From contig NZ_SMGG01000003.1 of the NCBI RefSeq assembly GCF_004339245.1, positions 87,106-151,105 on the forward strand: DNA of 64,000 nt. The letters are read 5' to 3'. Positions 30,643-40,648 of the stretch are shown here, piece after piece (within the stretch, counting starts at the first letter, position 1; each line of letters begins with the position of its first letter). The DNA is from Seleniivibrio woodruffii. GTDB lineage: Bacteria > Chrysiogenota > Deferribacteres > Deferribacterales > Geovibrionaceae. A program made the position numbers and the translations under genes. The notes beneath the pieces are model-generated. The model was not told the DNA's origin, searched no databases, and saw only the letters and a list, made by a program, of their open reading frames with translations.

Positions 30643-31410
30643 TTATTCCGTTATCCTCACAGGGACGTTTCGCTCGGCAAGGAATCTTTTTACCTCGCCA
30701 ACGGTATATTCCCTGAAGTGAAAGATGCTGGCCGCAAGAGCCGCATCCGCTTTGCCCTCTGTCAGTCCATCGTATATGTGCTGAGGGTTGCCCACTCCGC
30801 CGCTGGCTATCACAGGTATCCCTACAGTTTCAGAAACCGCACGGTTAAGCCCGTTGTCGTAGCCGTCCTTTGTGCCGTCGCAGTCCATGCTGGTGAGAAG
30901 TATCTCTCCCGCTCCGAACTCCTGCATCTTAGCCGCCCACTCCAGAACATCTATCCCCGTTGCGTTGCGTCCGCCGTGTGTATAGACCTCCCAGCCAGTG
31001 CCGCCGACCCTTCTCTTGGCATCAATGGCAACCACGATGCACTGAGAGCCGAAACGCAGAGCCGCTTCCTTTACAAACTCAGGTCTGTGCACAGCCGCCG
31101 TGTTGATGGACACCTTGTCCGCACCTGAGTTCAGAAGGTTTCTGATGTCCTTTATCTCACGAACGCCGCCGCCCACGGTCACAGGCATGAACACCCTTTC
31201 GGCTGTTCTGGCCACAACGTCAAGAATTATCCCTCTGTTGTCCGAGCTGGCTGTTATATCCAGAAACGTAAGTTCGTCAGCCCCCTGTGCGTCGTAGATC
31301 TCCGCAACCTCGACCGGATCGCCTGCGTCCCTTAAATTTACAAAGTTAGTACCCTTAACAACCCTGCCGTCCTTAACGTCCAGACAGGGGATAATGCGTT
31401 TTGCGAGCAT
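30643..31410 (-). CDS. hisF: Imidazole glycerol phosphate synthase cyclase subunit
   Basis: Begins [20 protein letters not shown]. 255-aa TIM barrel. Confidence 0.92.
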   Translation of the reverse strand: MLAKRIIPCLDVKDGRVVKGTNFVNLRDAGDPVEVAEIYDAQGADELTFLDITASSDNRGIILDVVARTAERVFMPVTVGGGVREIKDIRNLLNSGADKVSINTAAVHRPEFVKEAALRFGSQCIVVAIDAKRRVGGTGWEVYTHGGRNATGIDVLEWAAKMQEFGAGEILLTSMDCDGTKDGYDNGLNRAVSETVGIPVIASGGVGNPQHIYDGLTEGKADAALAASIFHFREYTVGEVKRFLAERNVPVRITE

Positions 31411-31589
31411 GGTATACCCTTAAAAGTTAGTAGATTGAAAAATAATGGACTAATAAAAGTGAACGGTCAAGGGGTTTAGTTTTTCTTCATACTGCATGCA
31501 ATAAATTTTCATTTAACGAGAATCACCGTGCAGGGGCATACCGTTCTATGCTATAGTTGCATCATTATTATATTTCAAGGAGTACATGA

Positions 31590-32411
31590 ATGGCAGATTT
31601 CCAGAAAAAGATCAATTCGGGAGCGCTGGGCGGTGTTGCCGCTGTTGCCGTGGTCGCAATAGGCTTCCTCGCTTTCACGGCTTTCACGACGATCACCGCA
31701 GGCTCAAGAGGTGTTCTTCTCACCTTCGGCAAACCCTCTGACAGGGTTCTCGGCGAAGGTATCCACTTCAAGATACCGCTTGTGCAGTCCATCGTAAAGA
31801 TCGACACCAAGATAAAAAAAGGTGAAATAGACACCGGAGCAGCCTCAAAAGATCTTCAGGATGTAACGGCCACCGTAGCGGTGAACTTCCATCCGGATCC
31901 CGAGCGGGTCAATATCCTTTACAAAACCATCGGACTTGACTATGCCTCAAGGGTTATAGACCCTTCCGTTCGGGAGGTTATGAAAGCTGTCATCGCACGC
32001 TACACCGCAGGGGAGCTTATCACCCAGCGTGAGGATGTTAAAAACAACATCAAAACTCAGCTGCAGGCACGCATGGTAACATTCAATGTTATCCTTGATG
32101 ATTTCTCAATAGTCAATTTCAGCTTTTCGAAGGGATTCACAGATGCCATCGAAGCCAAGCAGACCGCTGAACAGCTTGCTATAAAGGCTCAGAGAGACCT
32201 TGAGCGTATCAAGATAGAGGCGGAGCAGAAGATAACTCAGGCACAGGCCGAGGCCGAGTCGCTGAGACTTCAGAAGACCAACGTTACCCCTGAGCTTATC
32301 AAGCTGAGAGAGATAGAGATGCAGACCAAGGCCATTGAAAAATGGAACGGACAGCTGCCCACCTACACAGGCGGAGCGATGCCCTTTCTGAACCTGTCGG
32401 CACCTAAGTAA
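31590..32411 (+). CDS. SPFH/band 7 (prohibitin-like) membrane protein
   Basis: N-terminal TM segment, an SPFH domain, and a C-terminal coiled coil (EAEQKITQAQAEAESLRLQ). Confidence 0.8.
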   Translation: MADFQKKINSGALGGVAAVAVVAIGFLAFTAFTTITAGSRGVLLTFGKPSDRVLGEGIHFKIPLVQSIVKIDTKIKKGEIDTGAASKDLQDVTATVAVNFHPDPERVNILYKTIGLDYASRVIDPSVREVMKAVIARYTAGELITQREDVKNNIKTQLQARMVTFNVILDDFSIVNFSFSKGFTDAIEAKQTAEQLAIKAQRDLERIKIEAEQKITQAQAEAESLRLQKTNVTPELIKLREIEMQTKAIEKWNGQLPTYTGGAMPFLNLSAPK

Positions 32412-32420
32412 AACACCCAG

Positions 32421-32454
32421 CCGCCGATGGTTTCGCTGTCGGCGGTTTTTTATT
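32421..32454 (+). terminator. Rho-independent terminator after the band 7 gene
   Basis: CCGCCGA-N11-TCGGCGG stem followed by a TTTTTTATT run. Confidence 0.75.
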
Positions 32455-32487
32455 CCGTCACTCTGAGGCTCCAGCCGAAAAGTCTCT
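32455..32487. repeat. Dispersed intergenic repeat, copy R3 (long subtype CCGTCACTCTGAGGCT...AGTCTC)
   Basis: Nearly identical to the left arm of the palindrome at 47768..47799. Confidence 0.7.
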
Positions 32488-32495
32488 TTTAAGTC

Positions 32496-32618
32496 TTATT
32501 TATCCGTCTTCTTGGGTTTGCAGAGTTTTTCTTTCTTATTCGACTGCGCACCGCATTTGGAACATTCGAAATCCTTCTCTTTGTCCTTTTTCGGTTTCTC
32601 ACCGCACTTTTTGCTCAT
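32496..32618 (-). CDS. 40-aa Lys-rich, 4-Cys small protein translationally coupled to ppk1
   Basis: Its ATG overlaps the ppk1 TGA stop (ATGA). Sequence MSKKCGEKPKKDKEKDFECSKCGAQSNKKEKLCKPKKTDK, with Cys at positions 5, 19, 22 and 33. Confidence 0.5.
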   Translation of the reverse strand: MSKKCGEKPKKDKEKDFECSKCGAQSNKKEKLCKPKKTDK

Positions 32619-34642
32619 AGCTTCGCCTTTCGGGTGTACAGCTTCTGGCAGTTGTCTATCATAAAATCCTGATAGTTCAGCCTGTCTTTGGCCGCTTTTG
32701 TTTTGACGTATTCTGTTCCTTTCTGGAACCACGTCTTCTGATTGTCGCTCAGGTTGAGGTCGAGTATGTTCAGAAGGAAATTCCGTCCCTCCTTCTTTGT
32801 CACCTCGAAGAACATCTCAACACGCCTGTCCATGTTGCGCTCCATCCAGTCGGCGGTGCTGAAAAACACACGTTTTTTGCCCCCCGCATGGAAATAGATT
32901 ATTCTGGGATGCTCAAGGAACCTGCCCACGATACTGCGCACACGGATGTTTTCAGTAACGCCCTTTATTCCGGCACGGATGCCACAGATGCCCCGTACGA
33001 TAAGCTCAATCTTAACTCCCGCACAGGAGGCCTCTATCAGTTTGTCTATTATCTTGCGGTCTATCACCGCATTTACCTTAACTATCATCTTAGCCTCTTT
33101 GCCCGCTTTGGCAAAGGCTATCTCCTCGTCTATCAGTTCCAGAACCTTAGGCTTGATGTATTTCGGCGCAAGATAAAATCTGTTCCAGTTGCCGATATCA
33201 GTATAGCCCATCAGGAGGTTAAACATTGCGGCACTGTCCTTGCCGACGTCCTCATCAGCAGTGATATAGTCCACGTCGGTGTAGATTCCGGCGGTGAACT
33301 CGTTAAAGTTGCCTGTGGACATATGGGAATAGCGAACCACTCTGCCCTTTTCCCTGCGCACTATCATAAGGTTCTTAGCATGTATCTTAAGCCCCGCTAT
33401 GCCGTAGGTGACGATGCATCCCGCCTCTTCAAGCATATACGCCCAGTCGACGTTGCGTGCCTCGTCAAAACGTGCCTTAAGCTCCACCACAACGCTGACG
33501 TGCTTGCCGTTTCGTGCGGCATTCATAAGGCTTTCGAGAATTGTCGAGTTTTTGTTAGCCCTGTAGAGGGTCATTTTTATGGCCATGACATCCGGATCAT
33601 CCGCCGCCGCCGCAACCATTCTGGACACTATGCCGAAATCATGGAACGGACGGTACATTATAATGTCCCGTTTTTTTATCTGCTCAAATATATCCGTCGT
33701 GCTGTCAACATCCTCCGGCAAAACCGGTTTGAAAGGCGGATAACAGAGGTCGGGACGCTCCCCTACGATGGAGAACAGTGAGGTCATGTCTATTATATCG
33801 TCAATTACATATACGACGTCTTTTGAAAACTGGAGATGTTCCGCCACTTCGCCCAGAATCTCCTGCGGGAGCCTGCTGTCGGTCTCCACACGGCATATCC
33901 ACCCCTTTTTGCGGGATTTCAGATAGTTCTGGATTGAAAGAAGAAGATCCACCGACTCCTCTTCGTCGAGGGTAAGGTCGGCATTGCGTGTCACCCGCAG
34001 AAGATAGCTGTCCAGAACCTCGTAGTCCGGATAGACTATATGCAGATATTTCGCAAGGATGTCTTCGGTGAACAGGAAATAGGTCTTGTCCAGCTTAACC
34101 CTGAACATTCTGCGCAGACTCTCCGGCAGAATTATCGTGGAATGATGAATCTCGCCGTCTTTTTTTATGAGAACATAAAGACACAGGCGCAGGTTGTGGA
34201 TGAACGGCATAGGGTTGTTTGCCGAAAGGGTAACGGGTGATATCACCGGATATATCTCCTCGTTGAAGATAGCTTCGGTTATATCATCCAGATTGTTCGT
34301 CAGATTGGGAGCAATGACTATCCCCTCGCTTTCCAGTTCCTTTTTCAGCCCGGCGAAAATCTGCTGACGAAGACTGGTCAGCTCATGAGCCTTTCTGCTT
34401 ATCAGCTCCAGCTGTTCAACGGGAGTTTTTCCGGAGACATCCAGCTTGTCGTAGCCCGCCTCTATCTGGTCACGCAGACCGCCCACACGGATCATGAAAA
34501 ACTCGTCCAGATTGGATGAGAAGATGGCAAGGAATTTAAGGCGCTCCAGAAGCGGAACGGATTCGTCCATCGCCTCCATCATAACCCTTCTGTTAAACTC
34601 CAGCCAGCTGAGTTCCCTGTTAATATACGGACTGACAGCCAT
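32615..34642 (-). CDS. ppk: Polyphosphate kinase 1
   Basis: 675 aa with the PPK1 N-terminus (LSWLEFNRRVMMEA) and two PLD-like domains. Confidence 0.92.
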   Translation of the reverse strand: MAVSPYINRELSWLEFNRRVMMEAMDESVPLLERLKFLAIFSSNLDEFFMIRVGGLRDQIEAGYDKLDVSGKTPVEQLELISRKAHELTSLRQQIFAGLKKELESEGIVIAPNLTNNLDDITEAIFNEEIYPVISPVTLSANNPMPFIHNLRLCLYVLIKKDGEIHHSTIILPESLRRMFRVKLDKTYFLFTEDILAKYLHIVYPDYEVLDSYLLRVTRNADLTLDEEESVDLLLSIQNYLKSRKKGWICRVETDSRLPQEILGEVAEHLQFSKDVVYVIDDIIDMTSLFSIVGERPDLCYPPFKPVLPEDVDSTTDIFEQIKKRDIIMYRPFHDFGIVSRMVAAAADDPDVMAIKMTLYRANKNSTILESLMNAARNGKHVSVVVELKARFDEARNVDWAYMLEEAGCIVTYGIAGLKIHAKNLMIVRREKGRVVRYSHMSTGNFNEFTAGIYTDVDYITADEDVGKDSAAMFNLLMGYTDIGNWNRFYLAPKYIKPKVLELIDEEIAFAKAGKEAKMIVKVNAVIDRKIIDKLIEASCAGVKIELIVRGICGIRAGIKGVTENIRVRSIVGRFLEHPRIIYFHAGGKKRVFFSTADWMERNMDRRVEMFFEVTKKEGRNFLLNILDLNLSDNQKTWFQKGTEYVKTKAAKDRLNYQDFMIDNCQKLYTRKAKL

Positions 34643-34724
34643 GTTAAACTAGCCCCCCTGCTGTTTCTATTGGGATCTCTTAGTCATTCTGAACCCGAAG
34701 GGTAAAGAATCACTGATCAACCCG

Positions 34725-34750
34725 GACTCTTCGCTCCGCTCAGAGTGACG
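34725..34750. repeat. Dispersed intergenic repeat, copy R4 (short subtype GACTCTTCGCTCCGCTCAGAGTGACG)
   Basis: Lies in the ppx-ppk1 spacer and matches the right arm of the 47810..47836 copy. Confidence 0.7.
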
Positions 34751-34757
34751 CAGAATA

Positions 34758-36275
34758 TTATTCGTAGAGTATCCTTGTCTCAAGTTCTATGGGAATACCG
34801 AAAGTATCCGTGAAAATTCTGCTCTTTTCGCCGAATGCATGCTTCTCAAGGAATGCCAGACTCTTGCATTTGGCTTTGATGACAACCTTTCCCGTCTGGA
34901 TGTCCACATCGAAATCCTGAATCAGGTTCATGTGGGAAGCATCCAGAGAATCGGCAATCCTCAGCATGCTTACCAGTTTCTTTATCAGAAGCTGCTTCTC
35001 TATGGAAAAATAGTGATATTTCTGCTCGAACCACTTCTCAACATCGCCGTTGTGCATCAGAACCAGATATGAAACCAGTTTCACACGCTCCCTGGGAAGC
35101 CCGGGGATCTCCAGAGACTGCACCAGATAGTAAGAGTGCTTATTATGCTTCACCGCATCGATATAATAACCGATATCCGACAGCATCGCCGCCGCCTCAA
35201 GGAGAAACTTCTCCTGTCTGCCCAGCGAGTGCAGAGGCTTAAGCTCATCAAACAGCTTCATTGCAAAGCGGGTTGTGGTCTCCGCATGCCGCTGATCCAT
35301 GTTGAACCTTTCGCCCAGAGCATATATCGTGTTCCGGACACGGTTGAAAAAACCTCTGTCTCGAACGGTATTGGTATGATAAAGGCTCAGCATGTGCGGG
35401 AAAGTCATCCCTGAAAACCGCACATAGTCCGTTCCGACAAAGTCCATAAGCTTGAGATAGGTCACCAGTGTGGGAACCAGAAGCCCTGCCTCATCCTTTC
35501 GTATCTTCATCACCGACTGAATCGTGTCTCTGGGCAGCTGTTTAACCCTGTCGTAAAGCTCTTCCAGCTGTTTTCTGGTGAGCATGTTCTTTTTGGGTTT
35601 GAAAATGTTCAGAAGAACGTTCAGCGATGAGCCGGCACTGACAAAATATTTCAGCTTGCATCCGGCGGGCAGTCCGCTCTTCATGGAGTAACACATCTTC
35701 TCGACGTACTGCTCATAAGCCTTGTATCTTATTCGGGCAGGGATGTCGCCGAAGATTCGGCGAAGCCTAAGCGCACCGTAGGGCAGTGCGCCGGAATACA
35801 TGTTCTGCTCGTCTTTCAGAATAGCCATTGCGATGTTTCCGCTGGAGATGTTTGCCAGCAGAACGCCCGCCTTCTCATAGTCGTCAAAATCCTCTATATC
35901 ATTCTTAACACTTACAAATTTAATATATATCTCATCTGCCGGCTGAATAACCTCAAGCTCAATGCCCGTCTCCTGCTTCACATGGTTAATGAAAAAGGCT
36001 CGGTTGCCCGCCTCACGCACGCCGCTGGTGCACACGGCAACGTAGTTCTTCTTTATGCCGTATTCATCCATTTTGATGCGGAATTTTTTCAGGATATCAG
36101 TGGCCGCATAAACACTCTCAAGGGAGATGTATCCTTTGGTGAAGGTGTCTCTGCCCAGCCTGAATGGTTTTATGAGATATTCCAGAGTGCGCTCCTCTCC
36201 GTTCACATACTCGCTGATGTGCATGCGGAATGCGCTCGCCCCGATGTTTATCGCCGCAAAAATACCGTTCTTCAT
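34758..36275 (-). CDS. ppx: Ppx/GppA-family exopolyphosphatase with C-terminal HD-like domain
   Basis: ASKHA-fold N-terminus (AAINIGASAFRMHISE) and 505 aa length. Confidence 0.85.
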   Translation of the reverse strand: MKNGIFAAINIGASAFRMHISEYVNGEERTLEYLIKPFRLGRDTFTKGYISLESVYAATDILKKFRIKMDEYGIKKNYVAVCTSGVREAGNRAFFINHVKQETGIELEVIQPADEIYIKFVSVKNDIEDFDDYEKAGVLLANISSGNIAMAILKDEQNMYSGALPYGALRLRRIFGDIPARIRYKAYEQYVEKMCYSMKSGLPAGCKLKYFVSAGSSLNVLLNIFKPKKNMLTRKQLEELYDRVKQLPRDTIQSVMKIRKDEAGLLVPTLVTYLKLMDFVGTDYVRFSGMTFPHMLSLYHTNTVRDRGFFNRVRNTIYALGERFNMDQRHAETTTRFAMKLFDELKPLHSLGRQEKFLLEAAAMLSDIGYYIDAVKHNKHSYYLVQSLEIPGLPRERVKLVSYLVLMHNGDVEKWFEQKYHYFSIEKQLLIKKLVSMLRIADSLDASHMNLIQDFDVDIQTGKVVIKAKCKSLAFLEKHAFGEKSRIFTDTFGIPIELETRILYE

Positions 36276-37801
36276 ACCAGCCTTACAGGGAGTTTCAAAA
36301 GCTTAGCCAGCATATCCCTGTTTCTCTCAAAATCTTTTATTTCAAACGTAATGTCCTTGTCGGACACTGGTCTGATATCTATGGCAACTGGGGTGACGTT
36401 AACGTCAAGCCTGTCTATAAGCCCTTTGTGGGTTCTGTCCAGAGCTATCGCAAGCCTGAGCAGAGCCGTCAGTTTCTCAACCCTCAGCTGAAGCGAAAGG
36501 CAAAGATCGTTGAAATCGCCGTGCGCCGCTTTGGGCATGCTCTTTCTGTGATATCTGGCTATGCTGGCAATGGCCTCCACCTCGTCGTGTGTATAGCCCA
36601 CCAGCTCCGAATGCTTTATCATATAATAAGAGTGCTTATGATGTTTGGAATAAGCAATGTGTTTGCCGATATCCCTCAGCATCGCCGCCGCCTCAAGAAG
36701 ATACCAGTCCTTCTCAATAAGCCCCATGCGGTCTTTAAGCCCGTCAAAGAGCATTCTGGCCAGTTTCGCCACCTGAACGGCGTCCCTCTCGTCAAAGTCG
36801 AATTTGTTGCCCACCTCAATCAGCCTCGCATAGCGCACGTTGTCCATGCTGTTCTGCTGAAAAGGAAGCTCTATACCCATCCTGTTTATGGTGTCGATGG
36901 TGATTCCCGCCCGAAGTCCACCTGTCAGAGTGTAGAAACCGTCTATTCCCGTCTCTTCCAGAACCATGTCGGTCTGGATGGCCGCCGCAAGGATTATGTC
37001 CGCCCGTTTCTCCTCCATCCCCTCTATCTTCACCCGCTCCGCAGTGGTTTTTCCTCTGATGTCGCTGATGAATTTTTTCAGGAATTTCCGCTCAACGTAT
37101 TTCACCTGACTGTCACGCAGGTTCTTATCCCTGTAGTGACAGATCACTCCGGCGTTGTTCATGGAACCGCCTGTGCAGATGAGCATCTCAAGCCCTTTGC
37201 CCGGCTTCAGTTTATCAATATAGTCCTTAATGTGAGCCTTCATGGCAATTATCTGCGCCGACGTGGGCGGGTCGCCTTCCAGAAACTCACGGGTGAGCCT
37301 GTTGCAGCCCAGAGGCAGGCTTTTCGCCTTGTCCACCTCGCCGTCACGGACTATGGTATATTCCGCACTTCCGCCGCCTATATCGGTTATGAGAGCGTTG
37401 CGCCCTTTAAGTTCAAAATTTGCGCTGGCGGCCAGATAGGTGAGCCTCGCCTCCTCCTGTCCGCTTATGACCTCAATCTTTATCCCGCATTCCTGCTCAA
37501 CAATGTTAAGCGTCTCCCCGAGGTTGTCCGCCTCTCTGAAGGCCGCAGTGGCAATAGCTCTTATGGTTTTGCATCCCCTGCTCTCTGCAAGCCGCTTAAC
37601 ATTTTTGAGCGTGGAAACTATTGTTTCGATGGTATCTTTGGAGAAGTACCCCTGAGTGTATATCGCATCGCCGAGGCGTATCATCTCCTTATAGTCTTCA
37701 AGGACACGGTAGCTTTTGTCCTTCACCTCGGAAATCTGAAGACGTAAGGAGTTGCTGCCTATATCGGCAACAGCCACTTTGACGTTATCGCTTGATCGCA
37801 T
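36272..37801 (-). CDS. Second Ppx/GppA-family phosphatase (tandem paralogue)
   Basis: VAVADIGSNSLRLQISE motif, 509 aa. Its stop overlaps the downstream ppx start by 4 nt (ATGA). Confidence 0.85.
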   Translation of the reverse strand: MRSSDNVKVAVADIGSNSLRLQISEVKDKSYRVLEDYKEMIRLGDAIYTQGYFSKDTIETIVSTLKNVKRLAESRGCKTIRAIATAAFREADNLGETLNIVEQECGIKIEVISGQEEARLTYLAASANFELKGRNALITDIGGGSAEYTIVRDGEVDKAKSLPLGCNRLTREFLEGDPPTSAQIIAMKAHIKDYIDKLKPGKGLEMLICTGGSMNNAGVICHYRDKNLRDSQVKYVERKFLKKFISDIRGKTTAERVKIEGMEEKRADIILAAAIQTDMVLEETGIDGFYTLTGGLRAGITIDTINRMGIELPFQQNSMDNVRYARLIEVGNKFDFDERDAVQVAKLARMLFDGLKDRMGLIEKDWYLLEAAAMLRDIGKHIAYSKHHKHSYYMIKHSELVGYTHDEVEAIASIARYHRKSMPKAAHGDFNDLCLSLQLRVEKLTALLRLAIALDRTHKGLIDRLDVNVTPVAIDIRPVSDKDITFEIKDFERNRDMLAKLLKLPVRLV

Positions 37802-37838
37802 ATTTACTCCCGCAGAAAAGCCTTATTGATGAAGTATA

Positions 37839-39170
37839 TCAAATTCCCAGCGACTTTTTAACCCGTTTCTTTCCTTTACGGAAAATTCGGATAAGCTCCA
37901 CCGCCTGCTCCCGCTCCTGAGCCTTTTTCATTGCCAGAACTGCCATGATATATCCGCAGGCCGCCAGCAGTTTCGGGTCGGTCTCTGAGTTCAGCCTCTC
38001 CTGCATGTGTCCGCACTGAACGGACAGGTCGTTGTATCTGCCCAGACTGTCCTGAAGCGAACGCAGACGGGTCAGAACGTCCGCAGTGTTCTGCTCTTTA
38101 ATGAACAGCCCGAAAAATTCTATGCAGTATCTCAGCTTTTTGAAGGCTATACGGACACTGTGTATCTGCGCATCCTCCGACTCGCCGTCCACCCCTCCGG
38201 TCATAAGCTCCACCCTGCCGAATATCTTCGCCAGAGCTTTTGCGGCGGCCTTCGAGGTGTTCACAAAGCCTCTGCGGCCTATCTCCGCACGGGAGTTTAT
38301 CAGCCGTTCCCATTCGGCAAGGCTGTTATTATACTCCTCTGATGTCAGAAAATTCTGAAGCAATTCATAACTTTTATCCCGCTCCGCCCTGAAATGTGAT
38401 TTAAGCGGCTCAAAGGACTGCTTCATATCATCGGGCAGGATATCTTCATAGCCCTCAAGCTCTTCAAGATACACATCCATGTCCCTTGCCCTTCCGGTGT
38501 ATTCACCGAGGGATTTAAAGAACTGTCTGAAACGCATCTCTCTGTCTTCGGAATAGACACCCTTTAGCATTGACATTGCCGAACGGGTTCTGCGCACGGA
38601 GACACGGAAATCGTGGAGAAACTCAGCATCATACCCTTTCAGTATCCCGTCGGTGTTCAGGCGCATTATATTTATGAGGTCTGAGTGAACCCTCTGCATG
38701 GATTCCCAGAGAACGGCATCGCTGTCGGCGGGGCACTGCACCCTTGTGGTGTAGTCCAGCATCGGGTCACCGCACCTGGCCGCCGCACACGCAACCGCCT
38801 GCCCGAAGCCTTTCAGCTCCTCAGCGCAGTAATGGAATGCGAAATCTTCCTGCGGCTCCTCAGTGTATATAATATATGATGAACCCATGGCATAAAGACG
38901 CCCCTTTATGCCGCCTGCATCAAAAGAGTGTTCAGTCACGGGCAATTTCAGCTTTTCAAACAGATATCTTCCTGAGTATCCGGCTTTTGTGTCCGCTTCC
39001 TGATTGAAAAGGAATCTGTCCTTTCCGTCTGACCAGACAACCCTTCCGGTTCGTACCAGCTGCCATTCGAAGGTATCAAATACCGTTATCTCATAATCCC
39101 TGAGCTTTCTGTAGCGCAGACGGAACTTTCTGTCCGATGCAGGTTTGATGTCGGAAATATAGTACGGCAT
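37839..39170 (-). CDS. CYTH (triphosphate tunnel) plus CHAD domain protein
   Basis: N-terminal CYTH-like beta region and a C-terminal helical CHAD-like region with conserved His/Arg/Lys. I chose ATG 39170 as the start, directly after the sixA stop. Confidence 0.65.
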   Translation of the reverse strand: MPYYISDIKPASDRKFRLRYRKLRDYEITVFDTFEWQLVRTGRVVWSDGKDRFLFNQEADTKAGYSGRYLFEKLKLPVTEHSFDAGGIKGRLYAMGSSYIIYTEEPQEDFAFHYCAEELKGFGQAVACAAARCGDPMLDYTTRVQCPADSDAVLWESMQRVHSDLINIMRLNTDGILKGYDAEFLHDFRVSVRRTRSAMSMLKGVYSEDREMRFRQFFKSLGEYTGRARDMDVYLEELEGYEDILPDDMKQSFEPLKSHFRAERDKSYELLQNFLTSEEYNNSLAEWERLINSRAEIGRRGFVNTSKAAAKALAKIFGRVELMTGGVDGESEDAQIHSVRIAFKKLRYCIEFFGLFIKEQNTADVLTRLRSLQDSLGRYNDLSVQCGHMQERLNSETDPKLLAACGYIMAVLAMKKAQEREQAVELIRIFRKGKKRVKKSLGI

Positions 39171-39171
39171 A

Positions 39172-39627
39172 TCAGAGCAGAGCCTTCTGCTGGATAAGGT
39201 TGACGAGAACACTGTCCTCAATGTGGGCAATGGAGCCCTTCTTGAGCTGAAGCCTCAGTGCTTTGCCGCCGGTGATGAACGATATCACCTCCGACAGATC
39301 AGGCTCGTGCCCCACAACTGCCAGAGGCGAAGCATGCCTCCAGTCGGAAACGGTCTCCAGATAGTCCTTTATCTTCGCACCAGGATTAAGCCTCTCCCTG
39401 ATGTCGTATTTGACACCGCAAAGTTCCGATATTATCGAGGCGGTCTCCACAGAGCGCACCGCTGCGGATGTCAGCACTGCGGCCGGCTTGTCGTAAATAT
39501 TGAAAAATCGGGCGAACGCCCTCTTTGCACGAACCTTTCCCCTGTCGGTAAGCGGCCTGTCCAGATCCCGGCCTTTAAAAACCTCTCTGTCCTCTGCATG
39601 GGCGTGACGTATCAGATACACTATCAT
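39172..39627 (-). CDS. sixA: Phosphohistidine phosphatase SixA-like (histidine phosphatase superfamily)
   Basis: MIVYLIRHAHAE RHG motif. 151 aa. Confidence 0.8.
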   Translation of the reverse strand: MIVYLIRHAHAEDREVFKGRDLDRPLTDRGKVRAKRAFARFFNIYDKPAAVLTSAAVRSVETASIISELCGVKYDIRERLNPGAKIKDYLETVSDWRHASPLAVVGHEPDLSEVISFITGGKALRLQLKKGSIAHIEDSVLVNLIQQKALL

Positions 39628-39731
39628 ATGTGCCCCCGTACGGCGGTAATAATTATATATTAAAGGATAACAGAGGGGAAAATATAAGACAAGGAAAGGG
39701 AGGGGCTAAAGTGTCAGAGAACTGTAAAAGA

Positions 39732-39959
39732 CTAAGACTGACAGGTGACTCCGTATCGCACATAGCTTCTTAGAGCAATGAGAGCCAGATCGGCAAACTT
39801 ACCGTCGCCGCTGAGCAGGGTTATCTGCTCCATGCTGTTAACGCTGAACTCGGCAACAACGAAACCTTCAGAATCTCTGACGTCTCCCTTGCCGCCCGAA
39901 ATGCGAACTCTCCAGCCTGCAAACTCGATATCGCCCGTATCCAGCCCTAAAAAATCCAT
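39732..39959 (-). CDS. Hypothetical 75-aa protein
   Basis: ORF with a GGAGAG Shine-Dalgarno before ATG 39959 (MDFLGLDTGDIEFAGW...). I found no recognisable family. Confidence 0.4.
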   Translation of the reverse strand: MDFLGLDTGDIEFAGWRVRISGGKGDVRDSEGFVVAEFSVNSMEQITLLSGDGKFADLALIALRSYVRYGVTCQS

Positions 39960-40033
39960 AAATCTCTCCAAAAAACGAAAACGGCGGCCCATCTGACCGC
40001 CATAATCGCTTAACTTAACACCTTTACAGATTC

Positions 40034-40648
40034 TTACCCGAGGGGCAGAACTGTTCTTTTATAAACTTCGTTGAGAACCTGCGCCGCGCCTACATACATT
40101 GCAGACAGACCGCAGAGAACGCCTTCAAATCCGGCAAATTTCTTGAGCGATGCGCTCTCGAACATATCGCCGATAGCAAGAAGCATGAACAGGATAACCA
40201 GTAGGAAGAAAACAACCTGAAGGCCTTTGTTCAGCTTGAATGTGCCTATGAAAAGGATAAGGGAGAAGAAGCCCCACAGGAAAAGGTATGCAGACATTGC
40301 AACCGTATCGGGTTTTTCAAATCCCATCTTGGGCAGAACGATTATACCCACCAGTGTGAGCCAGAACAGACCATATGAAGTAAAGGCCACTGTGCCGAAA
40401 GTATTTTTCTTTTTCCATTCCATCATACCAACGATGATCTGTCCCAGACCGCCATAGAAAATACCCATTGCGAGTATTCCGCTGTCCAGAGGGAAAAGAC
40501 CGATGTTATGCAGGTTAAGAAGAATTGTAGTAAGACCGAATCCCATAAGTCCGAGAGGAGCAGGATTTGCGGTGGAGTCTGCGATTACTGTTTCCGCAAT
40601 CTGTCCGATAGCTGCTTCAGTATTCACAGCTTCAACTTTGTTGCTCAT
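40034..40648 (-). CDS. satP: GPR1/FUN34/YaaH-family acetate/succinate channel
   Basis: [14 protein letters not shown] signature and six TM segments. 204 aa. Confidence 0.88.
   Translation of the reverse strand: MSNKVEAVNTEAAIGQIAETVIADSTANPAPLGLMGFGLTTILLNLHNIGLFPLDSGILAMGIFYGGLGQIIVGMMEWKKKNTFGTVAFTSYGLFWLTLVGIIVLPKMGFEKPDTVAMSAYLFLWGFFSLILFIGTFKLNKGLQVVFFLLVILFMLLAIGDMFESASLKKFAGFEGVLCGLSAMYVGAAQVLNEVYKRTVLPLG

Noticed and set aside
32496-32732. 78-aa version of the small ORF downstream of ppk1
   Set aside because: Its N-terminal 38 codons overlap the ppk1 C-terminus in another frame. The 40-aa form starting at the ATG that overlaps the ppk1 stop (ATGA) is preferred.
36230-37747. 505-aa plus-strand ORF
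   Set aside because: It lies entirely antisense to the second Ppx/GppA gene, which has clear family motifs, so this ORF is spurious.
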